Below, in pieces: positions 27,091 to 42,123 of a stretch of 64,000 nt of DNA (its first letter is position 1; the number at the start of each line of letters is the position of its first letter). The position numbers were made by a program, and so were the translations under genes. Where the stretch lies: NCBI RefSeq assembly GCF_006345805.1, contig NC_043017.1:27094001-27158000 (forward strand), read 5' to 3'. Origin of the DNA: Octopus sinensis (lineage: Eukaryota). Under the pieces are notes generated by a model that was not told where the DNA came from, made no database searches, and saw nothing but the letters and a program-made list of their open reading frames with translations.

Positions 27091-27659
27091 CTGATTGTTT
27101 TGAAAATTAGCGAAATTTTATGCTACGTATAGACGCTTTTTTGACAACGCCACATTTAATGTGAAGAAATTTTTTACAACGTTCGTTATCGTTATAATAG
27201 CAACTTATCCATCAGAATGTGTGTGTGCTTTTGTGTGTGTGTGTGTGTGCGCGAGTAAGGCATTGCCGACAGAGAAAAATATTGAAAACTTCAGAAATAT
27301 ATCTCCGTTAACAAACACGAATCGTTTATGATAATGTTTTCTTATGGAAACATAGCGCAACAATATTGTATTCATAAATTTCGCTTTACATCGCTTCAAG
27401 ATTATAAACATATTTATAGTGAAGTAGATACAACACCAACTCCAAACATACAATCAATGTAAACACAATATCAACGTTCTGTTGAATCATCGGATGTTTT
27501 AATAGCAGCGAATGACATGTTTTATCATGAGGTGGTGCAGCTAATCCGCTTCTTTTCACCAGGCAGTGAAAGTTCATACATAATCGCTTGAAAAAAAAGT
27601 GAATCTGAACATATTCAAACCGAATTAGAGGAGGAAGGAAGGTTTCAATGGATGTCTGT

Positions 27660-28230
<571 letters not shown>

Positions 28231-28408
28231 ATGTGTGTGTGTGTCTTTTATCTTTCTGCGATACTCCTATGCCTTTCAAATGTCCCCAAATATAGAAATC
28301 AAGAGGGGTAGGATCAGGATATCTAGGAATCTTATGAGATGTTTCATATTAAAAAGATATATTTCTTTCCTATACATGGAGACATTTAAATCACCCTGTT
28401 ATATATAT

Positions 28409-28482
<74 letters not shown>

Positions 28483-30104
28483 TATATGTGTGTGGATGTA
28501 TATATATAGGTATATGTATGTATATTTGTATATCCTCATATATTTATATATATATATATATATGATGTTTATATGCATATATATATTATGTTTAAATCCG
28601 ATTTGCCATATGCGTGTGTATATCTATTTCTGTTCTTTTTTACCAGCTATTATATTCCTCATCACTTGAATATAATTCCTACTCCAAGTAAACAAGACGC
28701 TGCTAAACTCGGTATCCGAAGGGCTAAAGCGTATTATGTGATGAATGACTGCTACTAAGACTTCGTGTTTCTCAAAGTCACCTAGACATTGTGTTTATCT
28801 TTATTGTATATTTGATGCCGGAATATAATTGCTTCAATAATATGGATGGTTATGGAACCGATGGAATATAAAGGATGGGCAAATATGTATATGTCTATTG
28901 AAAAAGAAATATATATTATAATAAAAAAATTAAATTGTTGTGCTATGTGTTGATACGTAAACAAAACAAATGTAAAATATATTTGTTGAATAAAAAAAAC
29001 AAATCTCACGCGTAGTCAATAACTATGTTTGTTTTTGGCCCTCATAACATACCGAAAAATGTTAAGTAGGAAAAAAATCGATAATCGTTCATTCAGAAAC
29101 TCTTATAGAATCAAATGTGTCGTTCACAAAAAAAGGGGAAAAAAAATCGCAGAAGGCGTCATAGTTAGACAATAAATTAAATTGTCCTTTTGAAATTTAT
29201 TATCTTCAAACAATCTTTAAGTTTCTTTTATCTTTCAATCATTTCTGTCATGGCACATGCTTAACTTTAGCGAATCGACCGTAATACTTGGGAAGCAAAC
29301 TTCTAACCACAATGTATCGTCTGCTTTGAAATCCATGCCACGTTACTAAAATAATAATTACATCTTAGCGGTTATATCCTTTCCTGTAATTTATGAATAT
29401 TCAAAGATAATATTGTAAAAAAAAAAAAGCTCACATCATTAGATTATACTTTATACGATTAGGCATGTGACGCCTTATCGAATTAATTATCAATTGCAGA
29501 AGTTGGATTATTCCCCATTTTACATTGAACTAATCCTCAAATTAGATTGAATTAAGTAATTAGATGGAGGGTATAAAGTAGTGAGCATAGTCTTTGGAAT
29601 ATATGCCAATTCAGGGAAAATCGCCAATTCTTCGACATATACCTACACATAATTTATACGTATACAGGCACGCACTCGCGCACGTAAGCACACACACATA
29701 CACACTTACACACACACACACATAAACATACACACATGAATGTATACATAAACGATACTAACCGTATTATAATTAAGGTAGGAGCAACACGTGTTTGTCG
29801 GTAGTCAGAGGAAATTCGACATATTGCGAGAATAGTCTCTACCAAATAATTAATATTCAGCTGAATTAGGCACCCAAGTTGAGGCACCAAATCAGCCTGG
29901 TATTGTCCGCATACATCGAAGTCAAGCGAATAAAATGGAAATAATTATCGAAGATGTGCAGTTAACAGTGAATTACGGCCGTTTCATGCGGCTCCGTTTA
30001 ATCGATTTATGCAACCTTAACATCAGTATGAAATAAACCGCTCTCCTCGGACGCATACGACCATGTAGATATATATCTATCTATACATATATATATATAT
30101 ATCA

Positions 30105-30585
30105 TCATCATTGTTCGACCGTGGTAGAGCCAATGGGATTTAACATGCTACGCCAGACTTCACGGTCCATCATGACATTACGGAGGTCCTGTTGCTGGAT
30201 GCCTGTATCCCTGGAGATTACTTCAGGGTAGGAGAGTGTGCGCCCTCTGGTATTGCGAGTAGATGGCTTCCAGAGGAGAAGAGTAGAAATTACTTCTTTT
30301 TCAGCTCTACAACAATGTCCAGCAAACTGGACTCTCCTACCTTTCACAAGAGATGACACAGGTGGTAGTTTCCCACATATTTGCATTTTGGTTGGATGGC
30401 GCCGCCACGAGGGATTTTGAGCTCTCATAAGGAGGCGAGTGTAGGTTCCATCCAACCGCCTCTCAAGCTTCTTTGATAACATCCAGGTTTCTGAGCCATA
30501 TAGTAGAATTGGTTCGACTGTGGCTTTGAAGATTTCAAGTTTGAAGTCTCTACTTAGATTTGATGACCAAATCTTATGCATGTCA
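30105..30585 (-). mobile_element. 5'-truncated RTE-clade LINE, open C-terminal coding remnant (157 aa) with (ATG)n tail
   Basis: IFKATVEPILLYGSETW, RRVQFAGHC and DREVWR are RTE post-RT motifs; stop followed by TGATGATGA. Confidence 0.9.
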
Positions 30586-31169
30586 TTATATATATATATA
30601 CAGAGAGAGAGAGAGAGTGACAGATAGATATCTAGATAGACAGACTATTATATATACATATACTTACGTGTGTACGAGGGTGAACCATCTCGTGTTTATG
30701 CATATTTTCATAGATAAATACATATAATCGTATAAGTAATCTGATGTGCAATTTTCTTCATTTCCAGATTATTGTTTTTTTTTAATCCATGTACCTGGAT
30801 AAAGGAGTAATTTCTTCACATATAATCCGCATTATATTTTAAAACAAATTACAATGAACGCTTAAAGTGCTGATGAACAAGGAAAGAGAATAAATTATAT
30901 TATCAGCAACGTTCATTACACTTCTATAATTGAATTGCATCCAAATTTAGGAAAAATGATACCTTAATTTATCCAATTAACGTAAGTGAACAGAATTAGT
31001 GTAGGATCTCTTGGCAGCGAGGAAGCTTACGTCATCATAATCTCCATGTTTTTAGATCAATTGATTTTCTGTTGATCTGCACAAGTATTTTGTTTAGTAT
31101 TTGCTATACCAACCAGTTAACAATTGGCTTGAAGTACTTGTATATTCTTAGGTGAGTAGATAGATGAAT

Positions 31170-31460
<291 letters not shown>

Positions 31461-32040
31461 GTGGACAACATATACAAAAGCAACAAGGTCAGGAGTCCAC
31501 GCATGTTTTATTTGGAATATCTTCAGAGATTTTGAAAAGTTTTCTCTCAGAAGCCGGAGCACAACTCGCAAATAAATTCAAATATCCAAACTATTCTAAC
31601 CAGCGCTGTAAAGATCTTGGAGTTTAAGCAACTATGTTCTTATCAACTGTTTTTTCTTTAACCTAGTGCGTGAATATAAGTAATCTTCGAACTAACAACG
31701 ATTGTAATGTAATTCGAAACTTACAAATTTCACCAAATATATCTCGGAAAAATCACTTGTTAAAATTTCTCATATAAGTGTTACCTCACAAAAACTGTGG
31801 CCATGCACGTGTACCGACATTTAGGTAGTATATTTTTCTTAAGTATGTTTCTAAAGTGCAATGATATACATTAGAGAACATTTCCATTAAACTGTCAATA
31901 GGCAATGAAATAAATATTTTCCATTACAATTTACTCAAAATGTGTTTTTGTAAAATATCAAAGTTTTCCTTGAAATCGTATTAATGGTTATGTGCAAAAA
32001 AATACAATAAATTCTGTATTGAGGTTTTTGGGAAATTAAT

Positions 32041-32411
32041 TGGCTGTGTGGTAAGTAGCTTGCTTACTACCCACATGGTTCTGGGTTCAGTCGCACTGCG
32101 TGACACCTTGGGGAATTGTCGTCTACTATAGCCTCGAGTCGACCAAAGGCTTGTGAGTCGAGTTTGTAGACGGAAACTGAAAGAAGCCCATCGTATATAT
32201 GTCTATATATGTGTGCGTATGTATATGTTTATATATCTGAGTTTGTTCCCCCAACATCGTTTGACTACCGATGCTGGTGTGTTTATGTCCCCGTAAATTA
32301 GCGGTTCCGCAGGCATACAAAAATAAGCCTTGGGCCGATTTGCTCGACTAAAGGCGGTACTCCAGCATGGCCGCAGTCAAATGACTGAAACAAGTAAAAG
32401 AGTAAAAGAGT
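32041..32411 (+). mobile_element. SINE family A, diverged
   Basis: Head, internal repeat and tail recognisable. Confidence 0.9.
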
Positions 32412-33446
32412 AATCTGTTGTATGATGGTTCACAAATTACAGCTCAGTATAGTACCTGTGAAAGTGTGTGTCCTAGGTGTTACACTTACCAATGAAAGAA
32501 CGGGTTTCCAATCTCGGACAAATCCGCCTGTGGCCACTTTAGTATTTGACGTGTGGTATATTGTGTATCTGTACAGGCAATCATGCTTTGATGCAAGCTC
32601 TAATTCGTGCACAGCGTGAAACCTTGAACTCTATAAAGAAATCATGTGTGTAGGCTACTCAGCAATAAGTTGCAGAACCCTCATTATAGTTTACCAAATA
32701 ATTCACTACTTAGTCCCTATTCTCTTGACGAACTTAATAACTGATACACTTCCATGGATGCCGGAAGAGAGATCTGTAAAAGAACAAAATCCAAAACAAC
32801 ACCCTGGATAATACGAAGTAACTTTCATTTATATTCTACCACATAATACACAGTTAGAAATAAATTACTTCAATAATTTTCAAGAATATATACTACGGTT
32901 GCAAATCATCGAATTTTCAACATTTAAATACATTTTTTGGTCAGCAATGTTAGCATCTCAAATCTAAAATTTCTAAAAGATAGACACTATAGTAAGTATA
33001 ATGTTAAATTAAATTTTCCACGTTGATTTAAAACGTGGCTTCGACATCAATAGTTGTCAGATTCATAATGATTTTTGGCTAATAATAATTAAATCTATTG
33101 TAATATCTATATATTGCGTAATATATTTTTGATATTTCAATTTAATTGAAAATTTCGGCTTAATGAATACCAATAAACACAGTTCAGCTAATTTCTACCA
33201 TAGTATGGAGTGATTGTACATGCAAATGTATATATCTATGTGTGTGTATATATATATACATATATGCATATATATATATATATATTATATATATAATATA
33301 TATATTATATATATATATATATATATAATATATATAATATATATATATATATTTTCAACAATTGAGGCAAAATTAATTAATTATTAATCAATTCACCAAG
33401 TGTTCAGTATGCAAAGGGACCATTCAAGGCGAATTGAAATTATTAC

Positions 33447-33735
33447 ATTATATAAAAGGCTTAGTAAAATAAATTACTTTGCCGCATACTGAACTCATTA
33501 GAAATAGCAGCTAAAAAACTTTTTTAAGGCTATTTCTAATACTTAAAGAAAATCTCTCTTTATATAGTGTTTGCTTAATTCAACTCACTTTTGTGAGTTG
33601 AATTAAGCAAACACTATATATGAGAGAGATTTTCTTTAAGTATTAGAAATAGCCTTAAAAAAGTTTTTAGCTGCTATTTCTAATGAGTTCAGTATGCGGC
33701 AAAGTAATTTATTTTACTAAGCCCTTTTATATAAT
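33447..33735. repeat. Near-perfect palindrome, ~142-bp arms, TTTT loop at 33589-33592
   Basis: caactcac-tttt-gtgagttg centre; arms differ by a few indels. Confidence 0.95.
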
Positions 33736-33996
33736 ATATATATATATATTATAATGTATATATATATATATATATATATAGATATATATATATATATATG
33801 GTCTATATATATATATATTATATATATATATATATATTATATATGTATATATATATTATATATATATATATATTATATATACGTATATATACATGTATAT
33901 ACATATATGCATATAATACATATGCATATATATATTATATATATATATATATATGTGTGTTATGTATATATATCATATAATATGTATATATATAAA

Positions 33997-34034
<38 letters not shown>

Positions 34035-34428
34035 ATATATACATATATAAGTATATATATATATCTATATATATATGTATATAAGCATATCCTTGTGTAA
34101 TACGTTGTTCGTGTTTATACATCTGTGTGCGTTCTGTGTATTAATAAAAATCTATATCTTCCTATTAGCGGCCAAGTACATATCAAATGAATTGTAAACA
34201 ATTGTGTTTGTTTACGAGAGTTAATAAATGCACTAATTGGTCTTCGTTGCCATTGTTCCTGTGTACAATGCAATTAATAAGACATTCGTCGTATTGATGC
34301 ACCAATAAAATTTATATACACTCACACACACATACACACATGTGTCTGTGTTTGAATGGGTACGTGTGTATGTGTATGAATATATGTAAACATATACATA
34401 TATATATGTGCGTATGTATATATGTGCG

Positions 34429-34527
<99 letters not shown>

Positions 34528-34553
34528 ATATATCTATATATATATATATATCT

Positions 34554-34596
<43 letters not shown>

Positions 34597-34608
34597 CAGG
34601 AATGGGCA

Positions 34609-34772
34609 GGGGTGGCTGTGTGGTAAGTAGCTTGTTTATCAACCACATGGTTCGGGTTCAGTCCCACTGCGTGGCAACTTCAGCAAGTGTTTTCTACTAT
34701 ATCCTCGGGTCGACCAAAGCCTTGTGAGTGGATTTGTTAGACGGAAACTGAAACTGAAAGAATCTCGTCGTA

Positions 34773-34800
<28 letters not shown>
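34609..34800 (+). mobile_element. SINE family A, 5' half ending in (TA)n
   Basis: Head to gaaactgaaagaatctcgtcgtatatat. Confidence 0.85.
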
Positions 34801-34803
<3 letters not shown>

Positions 34804-35160
34804 CGAAGGCATGTGAGAATGTGGATTTCTGTGTTGTATGTATAGGTAGGCTTCTATAAATATCTTCATCGGAAAAATACACAGAAACGTGTGATAGGAT
34901 GTCTGACGTAAATAGGTGTTGCAGGTGGGAAACGAAACATTCTATGACTATTCCGTCTTGTGGTGTCATATATAGTTTTCTCACCACCTCCTCTGTTATA
35001 TTAAGCATCGAAGTCATAGTGTCCGTCTATAACTCTATCACACATACAAATATGTGTCTGTGTGTGTAAAAACAGTCATATATACATATACGTATGTATG
35101 TGCATGCGCATGTCGATATATAATTACACTTATATACATATGTACGCGCGTATGCATAAA

Positions 35161-35206
<46 letters not shown>

Positions 35207-35949
35207 TAGATAGATAGATAGATAGATAGAATAGATAGATAGATAGATAGATAAGATAGATAGATAGATAGATAGATAGATATAGATATAGATATATATA
35301 AATTATATATATATATCCATATATATATATATCTGTTTTGTACATCTGTCTTCGTCTTAAGATATATATATACATATTATACACGTATAAATATATATAT
35401 ATATATATTTGTGTGTGTGCATGTGGTTGTATGTATGCATGCATGTGTAGTGTATGTATATGCAAGCTATGTACGCGCATATGCATAAAATGATATATAT
35501 ATATATACGTATATATGTGTGTGTGCGTTTGTGTTTGTGTGTATATATATACACAATCCTATCTTATCTATTTGATGTTTTAATGGTGATAGAATATATT
35601 TACCTTTTTCTTTATTATCATTCGCTTATTGGTTTATTCATAATTTATTGCTCCTATTAATTTATTTTCATCAAAATATTTATTGCCGATAATTAACACC
35701 TAAATGCAGACGCCGTCTCCAAAGAATTATCTGACGTTATCGATTTCACAATATCGCTTTGTTTTTTGGTGTTATTTCTGCTTCTTTTTATTATTATTTA
35801 TGTTTTCTCCTTCATGAATCATTTCTTGTTATTATGAAGAGTCGAAATGAAAATAATCAGTCGCAAAATATATGCAGATTCGTTTGATCATTGTTCATTC
35901 ATCATTGATAAAGCTTCTTCTCTGTTGTTCTTCTTTTTTTTCAACTCCA

Positions 35950-36304
35950 TCCTTTTGTACTTTTGTTTCCATGTCTTCATCTTCATTTTCCTCCTCCTCT
36001 TCTCTTCTTTTTCTTCTTTTTCTCTTCTTTCTTCTTCTTCTTCTTCTTCTTCTTCTTCTTCTCTTCTTCTTCTTCTTCTTCTTCTTCTTCTTCTCTTCTT
36101 CTTCTCTTCCTCCTTCTCTCCTCTTCATCTTCTTCTTCTTCTTTTTCTTCTCTTCTTTTCCTCCACCTTTCCCCTTATTTTCTTCTTCTCCTTCTTCTTC
36201 TTCTTCTTCTTCTTTTCTTCTTCTTCTTCTTCTTCTTCTTCTTCTTCCCCCCTTGTTTCTTCTGCTGTTGCCGCCACCACCACAATCACCACAACCACCG
36301 CCAT

Positions 36305-36346
<42 letters not shown>

Positions 36347-36520
36347 CGGCTACTCTTCCCACTACTCACATCTAAACATCTCTGCTACCAGTTCCTCTTC
36401 TACTTCGTGCTTTCTTTTCTATTATTCATTATTTCACTTCACCATTCTCATTTCCTTATTTATTTTGTAAATCATCATCATCATCATCGCCTTAAGCATC
36501 ATCATCATCATCATTCTCTT
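35950..36520. repeat. Compound (CTT)n polypyrimidine, (TAC)n and (CAT)n microsatellite
   Basis: Direct reading; explains the spurious long ORFs here. Confidence 0.95.
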
Positions 36521-36834
36521 TATCTTGTTACCTGTTATCTGTTCTTTGTTGTTGTTGTCTATTGCATCTCCTCTGCGTCCTCCATCTTTTCCTTTTGTGT
36601 GTGTTTTTTTTTTTTGCATGTGAAATGGAGATGCACTAAAAACCGTTTAAGTACTTAGAGTTATTTAGTTATACTTTTACTTTTAAAGTACAAAACCCTC
36701 TGTGTCTGTTAACCACATTATTTTGTCCACTATTTTAGCAAGAAACTTCAATCTACACCTGCTTACATACATGGAGGCAAAAATATATGCACTCACTGAA
36801 ACGTACACACGCACACCCACATGCATATATTATT

Positions 36835-36869
<35 letters not shown>

Positions 36870-36888
36870 TACTATTATTATTATTATC

Positions 36889-36919
<31 letters not shown>

Positions 36920-37458
36920 CATATACATATATATATTTATATGGAGATACGAATTTATGATCCTATGTATAGATAATATGAACAATATGCACACACACAC
37001 ACACACAGACTTATATGTGTGTATGTGTTTGTGCTTGGGTGTGTATATGTGCCCGTGTGTTTATCATTAATGTAGATATGGTGCTAAGATAGGCGAAAAT
37101 ATAGAAAATAAATTTTTAAATACCCAGACGGTATCATCAAAACCGACCTTAAAAACTAAGAAAGTTTCGAAAAATAAAGTTTTGAAACGGCATTTAATAT
37201 AAAAATAAGAATAAAATATACAACATTCGTAGTTGCACAAATTCATATGGAAGTTTTAGCAGCTTACACCAAGTCAAATAACTGGCTAAACTTTTTGTCA
37301 GTCAGTGAAATGTCAGTGAATGAAGAAATGTATAGAATGAAGAAACCTAATCCTACTGAGTGATCACCGATTATTAATGAATGAATAATACGGCTGATAT
37401 GTGTCCGAAATATATAACTTATAATTTTCAGACATATTGGATGCAAGATAAGTGCAAG

Positions 37459-37594
<136 letters not shown>

Positions 37595-37628
37595 ATATAT
37601 ATATAATTATATACATATATATATATAT

Positions 37629-37972
<344 letters not shown>

Positions 37973-38365
37973 AATATGTGTGTGTGTCTGTGTGTGTATA
38001 AAAACTAGTGGCAGAGCTGATGCCACATAAGAATTCTTTTAAAAGCTCAGCTAGACGTAAGCATATTAAGGCTCTTCGCATGGGACAGCCATCTTACACT
38101 TACCCTTTGTCAAAGTTTGGCGCAAGGAATATCGCAACAGGCGCCATAGTATTAAGTGCTTTTCGAGAGGTGCGAAATATAGAGATACAGTACAGCACTG
38201 CTTTGTTAGAACACACCAATGGTTGTTCACATGAATCTTTGAGTTAAAGTAAACATCAGATAAATTCGCTCGTACGCTTTTTGATATTTCATAAATTTAC
38301 CTCGAAAAACCGGAAACATTAATAATAAAAGTCCGTTTTTCCTGGACACATGAGATTATTGGGTA

Positions 38366-38760
38366 CTAGCAGTATCGCTCGGCGTTGCTCGGGTTTGTAA
38401 GGGAAATAACTATATAAGCATTTTTAGATAGTTATAGCCAAAAAATAGCAAACAAATGCATTAAAAATGGAAACAAATGATGGTAATTTTTTTTTAAATC
38501 GTTGACTTATCGTAAACATTTTTAGAGAGTTACTTCCCTTATATAATAGCGAAAAAATGCATTAAAATTGAAAAACATGATGGTAATTTTTTTTTTAAAT
38601 CGTAGAATCATCGTAGACACGCGCTAATACCCAGAAGGGCTCGATATGAATCCCGACTATAAGATACCCTTTTTGGTTAAACTGCACCGCAAAATGTGGG
38701 AGTAGTTAGGAATCTATATCGTAGGTGACAGACCCACAACTTGTCTTTTATATATAAAGA
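38366..38760 (-). mobile_element. Non-autonomous Helitron, sister of 11749-12236
   Basis: Minus strand A^TC...cccgagcaacgccgagcgatactgCTAG^T; internal tandem duplication. Confidence 0.85.
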
Positions 38761-39388
38761 TATGATGGTGACGCTAATTTCCGTTCCAAAATCACAAACT
38801 TCAAGCAAAAATTATATTTGTACATCCATGTTTTTCTCTGCATTCAAATACGATATATAACGAAAGGCATGAAAACTGGAACCTTTCTACCAGATATGTC
38901 GGCTTCTAGTGTAAGGAGAACATTCTGCAAGATGGAGTTATCAATCAGCGATAGGAAACAAGAATCCTTTTGACATAAAGTTCTGAACATGTAAGAACGT
39001 CTTTGAGTGTCATGCTCATAAAATTTATCTTGCGCTTCTCCTTTTTTGCCTTCTAGTTTCTGTTACTTCGACGTATAGAAATGTGTGTGTGTGTATGTGT
39101 GTATGTGTGTGTGTGTGTGAGTTACGTTTTTGTGTCTGTCTTTCAAGATTGTTTGACAATCAGGGTTAACATGTTTAGTCACTGAAACCGAACGGTTCGG
39201 TCAAAGTAGTGCCATTCTATAAAATAATAGAAAAGTAAGTAATTAGTCCTCCTTTTGATTCATAAAACTAAACCTTCCACAGTATTATGACGCAGCAGTA
39301 TTATGATTGAAACATGTAAAAGATAAATATTCATATAGATATGTATACACACACACACACACACACATATATAATATATATATATATA

Positions 39389-39439
<51 letters not shown>

Positions 39440-39443
<4 letters not shown>

Positions 39444-39515
39444 AAACTTAGATAAATTTAGATATGTTTCGACAAAAGATTGGTCCAGGCCATGTCTACC
39501 TTAATAGCACCACCA
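39440..39515 (-). mobile_element. Extreme 3' end of the CR1/L2-group LINE
   Basis: Matches 16195-16260 (aaacttagata...ttcgac...caggccatgtcta). Confidence 0.8.
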
Positions 39516-40063
39516 TATATATATACGAAAGAAGGTTTGAAAATGCAATTTAAAAGATGTTTATTTACTTTACCGGTTTCACTCTCTGGAAAAAGATTGT
39601 CGGTTGCGTTAATTATTGGTTGTTGCAAATTGCTACTTTACATATATACAGTCTTTGGTAACAGGGACATGTTAAGGACTTAAAAAAGTTCAAGAAGTTC
39701 CTTAAAATATTGGGCACAAAAGATTACTACCTAAATAATCGTTCTCAATGACATACTTATATATATGGAAATCTTTGTGAAAATTGCTTAAAGCAGATTT
39801 TTTAAGTATAAAGAGAATTATTAAAAAATATCTTAAAACGTTGTAAATTCGTGTAGTGATGACATGTTACGAACAATTTTAGAAAAAGATGTTTTCTAGT
39901 GAGTGTGAGCGTTTTCGATTCATCTTGTATATATAAAGAAGGAAGTGTTTTGAATGGCAAAACAATGCTCTATAATAACAATAATGATCTGTTATAATTT
40001 AACCGTTGTAATTTAATCATTCTTTGTCTTATATGATATTTCGGAATATAAAATTCCTTCTTC

Positions 40064-40105
<42 letters not shown>

Positions 40106-40129
40106 GACTTTTAATAATAATTTTAGTAA

Positions 40130-40157
40130 TAATTTTTTAATTCTTTTCTAGGTAAGT
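40130..40157 (+). promoter_or_regulatory. Juxtaposed splice acceptor and donor (candidate recursive splice site)
   Basis: aattttttaattcttttctAG|GTAAGT; host gene and strand not established. Confidence 0.3.
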
Positions 40158-40935
40158 GACCCATGAACTACTACATCGTCACATGAACTTATTCCTGCCT
40201 GATCGTTCATCACACTCATTAGAGGTATGTTTATCGAATAAATAGTAATATATTTGATACCCATTTGATGACCAACTTTTCATAGAATCTGATATAATGT
40301 AATCGATTTAGCATTTCCTTGACGAATTCCTTTATATTTTTAACAATCTGCTTCTCGTGCACTCTATTAATTATTCATTCCTCAACTGTCAGAAATTTTT
40401 ACCATATCATAGTCATTCATTTTCGTTGATTGTCACATATTTATAAGTAGTTTCACTAGTTTCTGAGTTATTTATTTATTAACTGAATTTTAAGTACTCA
40501 TCTGAAGTGTTGTACGGACGTAATTTAGAGGAGATGATTTACGATGTCATCTCGGTAAACAGCGTTATAATATTTCTCCGCTTACGGACTATTTCGAGCG
40601 TATAAATAGATTGTAATTTTTCATGTCAAATGTCGCTCAGAAATAGAAAATAGTAAACATCCATTGTTATCTAGTTGTCTTGTCGATTTTTAGCTGCAGG
40701 CAATTCCCCATGCAGCAGGTCGAATGGCAAAAGCAATCCGAGTGTGCCCGTTGAGTATAATAGCAACATTGATAACAGCCTTATTTCGTCCATCGTTTTC
40801 TTCAATAAAGATATGATGCGTTTTAGATTTGGTTAATTTCATATAAAATGATGCTCTATCATTAGATAAATATGTCGTGTAATACATTTCTTACCATGCA
40901 ATCGTCAACTAATACACCAAAGACTAATTGAATAT

Positions 40936-41283
40936 TTACATGAACGTGTTTAGATATATGATACGTCCACTAGGGGATATGGGATTTCTGTTAAAACTTG
41001 CAGTGATCAATAGGTAAGTGTTTGCGGAAAAAATAGTGTATTCCGCAAATCCCTCCGTTTAGGTTTTCAGCTTTCTAATTTTGAAAATGAAAATTGAACT
41101 TATGCGTTGCTACTAATCAAGGCTGTGTAGTAAAAAAAAATTGCTTCCCACCCAAATAATTAAGGATTCAATCCCACTGCTTTGCGCTTTGGGCGAGTGT
41201 CATTTGCTATAACAAGTTTTTGGGAAAGCCAGAGATTTGTGAGTATATTTTGTAGATGAAGGCCTGAAGAAGATTGCTGTATA

Positions 41284-41334
<51 letters not shown>

Positions 41335-41650
41335 CAATCTTCTTAGGCCTTCATCTACAAAATATACTCACAAATTCTGGCTTCCCAAAACAATTGTTAT
41401 AGCAAATGACACTCGCCCAAAGCGCAAAGCAGTGGGATTGAATCCTTAATTATTGGGTGGGAACCCTTGATTAGTAGCAACGCATAAGTTCAATTTTCAT
41501 TTTCAAAATTAGAAAGCTGAAAACCTAAACGGAGGATTTGCGGAATACACTATTTTTTCCGCAAACACTTACCTATTGATCACTGCAAGTTTTAACAGAA
41601 ATCCCATATCCCCTAGTGGACGTATCATATATCTAAACACGTTCATGTAA
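40936..41650. repeat. Fold-back inverted duplication, ~345/320-bp arms, centred on (TA)n at about 41279-41332
   Basis: Both arms contain the same diverged SINE A half plus the same unique flank. Confidence 0.95.
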
Positions 41651-41655
41651 TAATG

Positions 41656-41680
<25 letters not shown>

Positions 41681-41686
<6 letters not shown>

Positions 41687-41986
41687 ATCACGTGACCGAC
41701 CAGACCATCAGGTGTTGTTACACATCGCTGGTCACAATGCGTTCGCATTGCTTTAGCCTTCGAATGACGCCAACCTGCTGGCTAAGCGAGCAGGCCAACA
41801 GAAGAATGAGTGGGAGAAAGTGTGGTGAAAGAGTACAGCAGGGCTCACCACCCCCTTGTCGGAGCTTCGTGGAGCTTTTAGGTGTTTTCGCTCAATAAAC
41901 ACTCACAGCGCCTGGTCTGGGAATCGAAACCGCGAACGTGCGACCGCGAGTCCGCTGCCCTAACCACTGGGCCATTGCTTCTCCAC
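41681..41986 (-). mobile_element. tRNA-derived SINE family F
   Basis: Minus strand GTGGAGAAGCAATGGCCCAGTGGTTAGGGCAGCGGACTCGCGG...GGTTTCGATTCCC (A and B boxes); ends GTCACGTGATCACGTG. Confidence 0.85.
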
Positions 41987-41993
41987 ACACACA

Positions 41994-42073
<80 letters not shown>

Positions 42074-42087
42074 CATACATACATACA

Positions 42088-42123
<36 letters not shown>

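Noticed and set aside
30860-30890. Other CTGATGA/CTGAAGA occurrences (also about 14879, 41265, 45467, 47570, 63092) as hammerheads
   Set aside because: No stem II followed by GAAA downstream
34860-35030. Coding-looking minus-strand stretch MLNITEEVVRKLYMTPQDG...
   Set aside because: No recognisable domain or good donor; the ORF runs into a SINE
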